Source: the human T2T-CHM13v2.0 reference genome, Homo sapiens. From it: a stretch of DNA of 64,000 nt. Every line of letters starts with the position of its first letter. Position 1 is the first letter of the stretch. The notes below the pieces were generated by a model, which worked only from the letters and a program-made list of their open reading frames with translations, searched no databases and was not told the DNA's origin. Location of the stretch: assembly GCF_009914755.1 (NCBI RefSeq), contig NC_060944.1. One strand, given 5' to 3'. Position numbers and translations under genes: made by a program. Positions 55,691-64,000 of this stretch are shown in pieces.

Positions 55691-57084
55691 AGGCCATGAG
55701 CAGATAGGTATGAGTCAGAGTGGAACGAGGCATTACAACACATATTACAGTCAAAGTTAAACCTTTGACTTAAGATTACATAAGAAACTTCTACAAGTTA
55801 TTACAACATAAAACAACTCAATAGAAAAATGGGCAAATGAAATGATCAGGCAATTCATAAAATAGAATCTTGCGTTGACAATAAACATGAAACAATGGTT
55901 ATCCTCACTAGCATTCAGGGAAATGAAACTTAAAGAACAAATAATATTTCATATCTGTCTAATTAGACAAAATTTTAAACAGTTTGATAAAGTCAAGTGT
56001 GTTCTGAATATGTAGAAATGAGAATTGACAGACACTGTTGGTAAAGTGTAAATTGTCCCAACTGTTCTGTGAAGCAAGTTAGCACTATTTTGTAAAAATT
56101 AAAAGATGCACAATTATGACCCAGCATTTTCATTTCTAGGTATATGCTTAAGAAGATATGAGCAAGGATATTTATTCTGACTTTTTTTGCAATAGTGAAA
56201 AATAGGAAACGACTCAAATGCACATCAATAGTAGAATGATCTAGACATTAGACATGCTTAGCCGTAACATACAGCAATTACAACAAATACATTGGATCTG
56301 TAATATTTATATAGATCTCAAAAAAGGACATTGAAAAAAATAAATTAAATAACATAATACATGATATGACATTATTTATGTAATTAAAAAATTAAAAAAT
56401 AATATGAATTAAATACTGTGACGATATATCATAAGATCTTTATTATTATTATTATTATTCAAAAACCAACCAAATTCATCAGGGTCATCACCTTGGGAAA
56501 GAAAAGAAAAGAGTGATCCTGGGGGAAATCCAAATTTTTTTATTTTATTTTTATATCTGTTTTTATCATTTTTATTTTATTCTTTCAAAGGATTATATTT
56601 TATCTATATTAATTATATTTATCTATACAAAATATAAGCTTGTTCAAATTTTGGGTGGTGGTACAGAGATGTTTGTTATCCTTGCCTTTTGGGGGAGATA
56701 TTAATTTTCAAAATAAAATAAATTAAAAACAAAAATATTAAAGATAAAATTATTGTGTGGCAATTATTTCCTCATTGCATGAGTGATGCCCAAGAGTGCC
56801 ATTGAAAAGAGATTTCCAGAAAATGGCTGAAATACATATATGACAAGGTTTCTGACTGCTGTGAGTGAAAATGTCAATGAAGAAATTTCCTTGCTTGAAA
56901 GTCTTATCACGTATCGCCATGATGTAAGACTGGAAAAGTGGTGTATGTGTATTTGCTGTTTCAACACTAATGTAGCCTTCTTTCCACACTAAAGGATTTG
57001 GAGATAAATATTCCTCACAATCAGCTCTCTTTAACTCACAACTTTACATATCATTGCTATAATCTGATTGTATGATTTTTCATT

Positions 57085-57495
57085 TGCCATTGTGTAACAA
57101 ACTACGTCAAATCTCAGTGGTTTAAAACAACAACTTATTATTTTTCACGGGTGTATGATTCAGCTTAGTGGTTCTGCTGATCTTGGCCAGGCTCATTCAT
57201 GTATCTGATGTCAACTTTGGGTTTGGCTGGGACTGGATGATTTAGCACGGCTTCAACAGGACCATCTGGATCCAGTCCATATATTTCTCATCCTCCTTCA
57301 GGTTAACCCAAACACATTCTTATGGTGATGCCAGGGGTCCGAGAAAGAAAGTAGAAATACCCAAGTGCTTTTTCAAAGCTTGCTTGAGTCAAGCCACTGG
57401 TTCAAGGAAAGAATCAGTACAGGGTAGCACTATTACAGTATATAGTTGCCAGGAGGTGTGAAAAAATGGGGACATTAACATAGCCAATCTACCGT
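57085..57495 (-). mobile_element. MLT1 (H/I-like) LTR
   Basis: tgtgtaacaaactac..caaatctcagtggtttaaaacaaca...caatctacc. Confidence 0.7.
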
Positions 57496-58874
57496 AATAC
57501 TTAAAAACTGTCGGTTTTCCTTGTAGCTCTTGTAATAAGATTTACTAAGTTGGTCAACTTTGGAAACCACCACATTGTTTTTAAATCGGCAACTTTATAT
57601 TATTTGTGGGCAAATAACACTCCAGGCAGTCCCCAAATTAACATATTTTATTTCCTGATGTGAATAATGGAAGTCCTGCAGGTGAGTTCACTCCCCTCCA
57701 CAGTTCTAGTCTACTCCAATAGAGACCAGGAATCACAAATATAAGAGACAGCAGTCCTGTCCACTTTGGCCTTACAGCATTGGAGGGTTTTCAGCTGCCA
57801 GTTGAGGTTGCCATGTCCTAATTTTGAAGCAACTCTGGATGGTGGGGTAGCACCTTGCTTTGTGCTAGATTCTCCTCAAGGTCAAATTGACCCTCTGAGG
57901 GATAGATCTGTGTTCTTTTAGCCCCTTACTTGGATATTTTCCAGGTTCTATTGGGTCCCAGAATGGTAGAGAGACACAATTTGCTGTTGGTAGCCCTTTG
58001 ATGGAGATTAAGACTGCAGTGGAACAGAACTTCTAGGGGCCACCATACCTTTCACTGATACTCTTCTATGGAAGGGTGTCCTACAGGCAGGTGAGATGCT
58101 ATCCACACTAGTGAAAGGATCATTGCTGTTTAGACACCTGGCAAGGAGAGACACTAGCTACCATCAAAACCATAGCTGAAAACATCCTTGGGTTGTTAGG
58201 ACCAATGAGAAGAGACATAAATCCTGGCTATTAGAATTCTCTGTGCCCAGGCCTTTCAGTTCATACACAGTAAAATTCTTTGGCTTGAGGCAGACCTAGT
58301 TTTACTATTTAAATAATTCTTACTTCAGAAACACTAGACTCCTCCATGGATTGCTCTGCTAAACTCAAATATTGGATCTGATATTTGGATCAACTAATCT
58401 CTGGACTTATAAGTTTATTTCAAGTTATCTGTAGCTCTCTGCTGCTCCTGGATCTTTGTGGCTGTCACTGTGGTTTCAGCCTTACAAATCTCTCATTTAG
58501 CAGGAAGCATTTAGATTCCTGCTTCCCAGGAGATCCAGAGTATCTCGTATAAATTAACCTGCCTCCTCTATCTGAGACTAGCTCTGACAATCAAGCAATT
58601 ACCTGCTCACAGCACCTTCCTTTGACATTACAACTTTGCCTAAATGATAAGTATTTAAAACACACATTAAAAAACCATTTTTATTATCCCAGTCATTGGA
58701 CAGGCAGAGAAAACCAAGTGACAGGCTCTTTGAGGTTAAGTGTATAATTTTCAGAGGATTGAAAGGCTTCATTCAGGATGAATACAAGTTAGTTCCATTG
58801 TAGATGTGGTCCCACATTTCCACACATAAATCTCAGTCCATACTTCATTCACTACAAATACACACATGGCAATT

Positions 58875-58878
<4 letters not shown>

Positions 58879-58904
<26 letters not shown>
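58879..58904. repeat. (AC)13 microsatellite
   Basis: Direct reading. Confidence 0.95.
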
Positions 58905-58909
<5 letters not shown>

Positions 58910-59159
58910 AATACATATGAATAATACAAATTCAGCCTTAATCCTTTCATGAACAGCCCTTTGCTCAGTACCCACCTCGTGCCAGGTACAGTGCCCAGTG
59001 CTGAGTTATATCAAAAGAACACGAAGACAAACATGATATGGTTTCAGTTCTTAAGCACCTGTGTGGTTTTAAGGCAGGAACAGCTATAGGAAAAAATGAG
59101 CATTTTGGCATCAGTACATTTTTTGTAATTTTGCATAAATATACACACATGTTATTCAT

Positions 59160-59305
59160 CATCAGAACTCAGAGAACATGGAGAAGTTGTTTGCAATTCA
59201 CAAGGCCAAAGCAGTTTTTAAGCCTTCAGAGATGCTTTAAATAAAAGTTCCAGGACGGAATTTATCAGAAGCAGGCCTATTGCGTACTTGGAAAAGATAA
59301 CTAAG
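59160..59305 (+). other. Candidate distal first exon (possibly of PLCB1) carrying a frameshifted reading frame
   Basis: TATA-like CATAAATA 59134-59141, Kozak gagAacATGG at 59178, donor AAG|GTGAGT at 59305/59306, non-repetitive sequence. Confidence 0.5.
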
Positions 59306-59832
59306 GTGAGTCAGCTCCTGGCTTTTTCTTTTGATATAACTCAGATGACTGTGATTTTGCCAAAGTTATAAATGGCCAGCAGGCCCTTTGCTGAAACATA
59401 TTTTCTTTATCCTGAACTGTAACTTTTATATCTTCTACCCTGGTAAATTTTATGCATGTCAATTAGAAGAGGCATTTTAGAGAAAAGGCATAGATGCATG
59501 TTGAACAGTGATACCTGTCTCACTACTCAACATCCTCATTAGTACCTTGTTTAAATTACATTTTTGGAAATTCTCCATATGGATAATTATGAATTGATAA
59601 AGGATTCTTTCAAATGATGTCTACATTCAGCACTAGAAAGATTATTAAATAATCTCTCCCACATTGTTGCCATTAATGATTTCACTCTGAGCCAGGTTTG
59701 ATACTTATAGAAACAACTGAGTGTTAGCATATCATTTCACTTTCAATAATTTGAAACATAGGGTGATACCAATTTCTGAGATTTATACTCAGACCTCAAG
59801 TAAAAAAGACAGAAGCAGAGTAAAAGAATGGC

Positions 59833-59858
59833 AGAGAGAGAGAGAGAGAGAGAGAGAG
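59833..59858. repeat. (AG)13 microsatellite
   Basis: Direct reading. Confidence 0.95.
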
Positions 59859-61289
59859 AAGGAATGAATTTCCTATCTAGATTCCAGAGATAGAAAAGGG
59901 CTTAATTCTTTAACAATATTAGAAGGACATAACTTTTCTTCCCACTCACTGGAGTGACCCTTGAAATGTGGAAAGAATCTATTATCATTATTTTGAAGGC
60001 CTAAAGCAGAACCGTATATTTAAAAGCATATGCCTAACACTTTTAGAAAGCATGAGACATTACAAAAGAATGCAAGCCATAAAACATAATTATTTTTCAG
60101 CATTTAAGGAATTGATTTTACTCACTTAAGGAGTTGGGAATGGGTATACATCAGTTCCTAATAATTAGTAATATACTTGGCAAAAAGTGATTATATAATA
60201 CCTGAAGTCAGCCAAACATGGACAACCTAATATGGTCAGGAAAAGCAATAACCTTTAGGATGCTAAACAGGAGGTCTGGTCTACATTTTTAGAAGGGATG
60301 TGGACACAAGGTTTAGTATTTCATGTTGGTGTCTCTAAACTTAATATGGGTATTTCTCAGGATGTAAAGAAAGCTAATCATTTACTCTGTAAACATTTGT
60401 TTTATATGTTTATTCTAGTAAATAACAGGAATATTGGGCATTGAGTCATTACACAGGATGAATTTTTGTCATTGTTTGGAAGGACACTTGTTTATTATAA
60501 AACGTTTTTGAAAATAGATATTCAATTGAAAGGACCGCATTCCTGTCTATTTCTGAAAATGGTCAATTTTCTAGTTAATTACTGGACAAGATGTGTTCTG
60601 CTGGAGGACACTGGTCATGAACTCCCTTTGGCTCTCAGAAAAGTCAAGTGGCTGCCTTCCTGTGTCTGCCTCTCCCCAGGAAATCACCGACTAAAGTCAG
60701 AATCCTGAACTCTCTTATCAACAACCTTAAATGCTGGGAGCAAAATCTGACGTCATGAGTGTCCATATCTTTCCTGCTTTCTGGAAATGCCTGTTGGATC
60801 ACCCATGGAAATGTGTAGGAGGAAAACGAGCAATAGGGATTTTTCAATTTGTTAGGTAGAACTAGTGCTTCCAGTTAATTATTCATTTATATTCCCCCTA
60901 TGGCTTTTAGATAAGTTTTATATTATTTATTTTTATTACATGAATTCATATGTAGATTCTATTGGCAAATTTTGTTCCTAAAATAGCAAATAAAACTAAA
61001 GAGTTTTTGAGTGATCACCAAACCCATACCCTTCATACTATATCTTTTTATTCCTTTTGCCGTGCATATACATTGTATGTGACTGTGTATGGATGTGTGT
61101 GTATGCATTCATATACTTATAAACTATATGTAAAACATATGGTTAAACATTTTTTCCATATAGTTTGGCTATTTGCATTTCCTCCCCATTAATGTCCTGT
61201 CTATAACAATCAAGTGAAGAGCTTATCAAAATATAAATATACAGGGATTTTTGATATATGAATTATTTCATAGGTTTTATCACTGTACA

Positions 61290-62260
61290 GGTCACTTAGA
61301 AAGATTTTAGACATCTTTCCTTGTCAGAGCATAGAGAACTACCAATTTCTTTAAAATTGCTGAATAGGTTTTCCATAGAGTATATTTAACAGATTTTATT
61401 CAAATATTCCCTTTTTGTGCCTCTTTGCACATGTTTCAGGTTTTTCTAGCTTAACCAGAAGTAGAATTGTTCAAAGGAACTACATATTTTAATTCTAATT
61501 TTAAAGGAATTCTGTGAAATTCTCCTTCAAAATAGCTGCACTAAATTATTCCCAGCAGTCATGCATGAAAGTTAATGTATCTCTCATCCTTGCCAACACT
61601 TGAGACTGACAAAGTTTTAATTTTTTGCCAAGTTGATGCAAATTATTGCATCAAATTTTGTTCAAATTTTCAGTTCCCTGGGTAACAAGTGCAGTTGAGC
61701 ATATTTTCCGTATAGTTATTGGTCAGTTGCATTTCTTACCTTAAATTTCCAATTTATGAAATTCAAATAAATGCAATTATTATTGTTATAGTATTATTTT
61801 TGTCTATCTTTTACCTATATTTGGTGAAAGTATTTTCTTGTCAAATTGAAGAAATTACTTATATATCTTGAATATCTATTTAATTTGTGTTATAAATGAT
61901 TTCCCTGTTTTATGGTTTGTCTTTTAATTTCAATAATCACATATTTTATAATATAAAACCTTAAAATTATGATTTAAATTTGTCAGACTTTTTCTTTATA
62001 GCATTGTCAGACCTTTTCAAAGCCACAAACATACTCTCATTTTTGTTAAAGTTTTTTTTATATATGTTGATTTTAATCCATCTGGAATTATTTTTTGTAA
62101 GTGGTGGGTGGAAGGTAGGGTTTGAATTTTATTGTTTCCAGATGGAAAATCTGTTGCCCAATATCATTTAGTGACTAGTTTATTCTCTTGCTGATAGGAA
62201 ATGCCACCTCATTTACATATGAAATTCTCATAGATGCACATGTACTCTTGACCAATTTCT
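61290..62260 (-). mobile_element. Ancient L1ME fragments
   Basis: catccttgccaacactt...gttgagcatattttc...ttaatccatctggaatt. Confidence 0.7.
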
Positions 62261-62604
62261 CCCATTTAAATTTATAAAATTATACCACTTACAAATATTA
62301 GAAATTCAACTATTATTGGCAATAATTATGCTCTTCATTCATTTAATAATGTTTACTGTTTACTGCATGTCTATTATGTGCCAATCCCACTATTCTAAGC
62401 CTTGGGAGAGAGCAATTAGCAAAATAGACTAAGGCCCTGCACTCATCGCTGTTATGTCTGTAAGGGGTGGTGGGCCAGAGAGCACCACACAACCGACAGG
62501 TATGATGTAGCTGAACTGCAGGGTGTCAAACTTAAAAAAATGTTGACATTCTCTTATATAAAGATCTCATCCATTTTATCTTCACCAAGATAAGGTATCT
62601 GGTG

Positions 62605-62898
62605 TTTTTTTTTTCTTTGAGACAGAGTCTCGCTGTGTTGCCCAGACTGGAGAGCAGTGGTGTGACTTCGGCTCACTGAAACTTCCGCCTCCCGGGTTCA
62701 AGTAATTCTCCTACCTCAGCCTCCTGAATAGCTGGGATTACAGGCATGTGTCACCACACCTGGCTAATTTTTGTAGTTTTAGTAGAGATGGGATTTCACC
62801 ATGGTGGTCAGGCTTGTCTCGAACTCCTGACCTCGTGATCTGCCTGCCTCGGCCTCCCAAAGTGCTGGGATTATAGGCGTGAACCACCGCGCCTGGCC
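62605..62898 (-). mobile_element. AluS (Sg/Sc-like)
   Basis: Full dimer with gacctcgtgatc variant. Confidence 0.96.
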
Positions 62899-63864
62899 TA
62901 ACTTACTTATTTCTAAACTTCACATCAGAGGTGATCACTATGCAAAACTCTGAAACTATAGAAAAAGTACATGGCAAGTCCTTTTTCCTCAAAAAATTTG
63001 AAATCAATCTGAGGAAATGAGACAGCAACAATCAAAAGGATATGATATAAATAGTCAAAGGGCCTAATAAATGAAAGGCTTCAAGATAGTACAGCGTTGA
63101 TTTTAATATTAATAAAATAAACAACAAAAACCATGCCAACCTGAGGGACCAGGTCTTTGTGCTGTGGACAGATTGGTCTAAACTCTACTCTAGTTATAAG
63201 TATACAAATGATTGGATACAAAAGCATGGCATTCTTGATCAGGGGAATTTCATTAGTTTTACTGAAAAAAAGAAAAGGATGTGTCATTAGAGAATAGACG
63301 GAAAAAAGTAGTATAGAGAGAGCTTTTAGAGGTCCTTAAATAGCTAAATAGTTTGTATCTTATCTACATCAAGGGAAATCAAAAGAAAACTTTTCAGCAG
63401 TAGAACATGGTCAATGTGTAACTTCAATGAACCAGTGGTCCTGGAAACCTTGAAGATAAGACTTCTCTAGACAAAAATCTGTCTTCTTTACCTTAACTTT
63501 TCTTTACATTTTTCTCTTCTCCCAAAGATGCTCAGTATCCTTGGGCTGACCTTTTCTCTATATTAGTGCCTTTTGGTATTTTGGACACTCCAGAAATACA
63601 AAATATTCTTCTCTATTTCTCAACTCCCAAGGAAAAATTAAATAGCCTCTGCCACATATATAATGAATCTAAAGATAACCCTCAAGCACAGATCATCATG
63701 GCTGCTCTTGAACCTACCTCTCCTGTAAAATACATTTGCATGTAACATGAGTTGCTGAAGAGTCAAGAGACAAAAATCTCTTTGCTCAAAAGTGTATGAG
63801 AATTTCTGTTTCTGGGGTAGCCTGGGAGGAGAGATGCTTTTGTCTCTGGGTAAGCTTTAGGTCT

Positions 63865-64000
63865 TGCGGTAGCCTCTAAAATGATTTCCAATGATCCCCA
63901 CCTCTGGGCTTTCCTCTGTTCATGTCATCCCCTTTTCTGAAATGTAGCCTGGACTTCTGACAAACAGGATACGGCGAAAGTGATGAGATGTCACTTCTAC
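63865..64000 (+). mobile_element. MLT1 (F/G-like) LTR, 5' part, runs off window
   Basis: agcctctaaaatgatttccaatgatcccca...aaagtgatgagatgtcacttc. Confidence 0.7.

Noticed and set aside
59210-59225. Programmed -1 ribosomal frameshift joining the two frames of the candidate exon
   Set aside because: GTT TTT AAG does not fit X_XXY_YYZ in frame, and a -1 slip places TAA in the A site; a genomic indel is the simpler explanation

Overview
Primate (apparently human) genomic DNA, AT-rich and dense in transposon relics. The only confidently recognised coding sequence is exon 1 of TMX4 on the minus strand (ATG at 1413, donor after 1238) inside a CpG-island promoter. That places the window, from my recollection of the locus, in the TMX4-PLCB1 head-to-head interval of 20p12. 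The remaining ~62 kb is mostly Alu, L1, L2, MIR, MaLR/ERV LTRs, DNA-transposon relics and simple repeats. The ORF track is essentially all spurious or repeat-derived and misses the real exon. Most interesting observations: (1) a + strand first-exon-like unit at 59134-59311 (TATA-like box, strong Kozak ATG, strong donor) that is one base short of encoding a protein-like 43-aa phase-0 N-terminus, possibly a frameshifted ancestral alternative first coding exon of PLCB1; (2) a ~500-bp locally templated insertion that splits an L1MB element; (3) a 625-bp compound TATG/ATG VNTR with higher-order structure; (4) splice signals for a divergent antisense lncRNA, and a strong CTCF site. Repeat subfamily names are from memory of consensus sequences, and boundaries of old elements are approximate.
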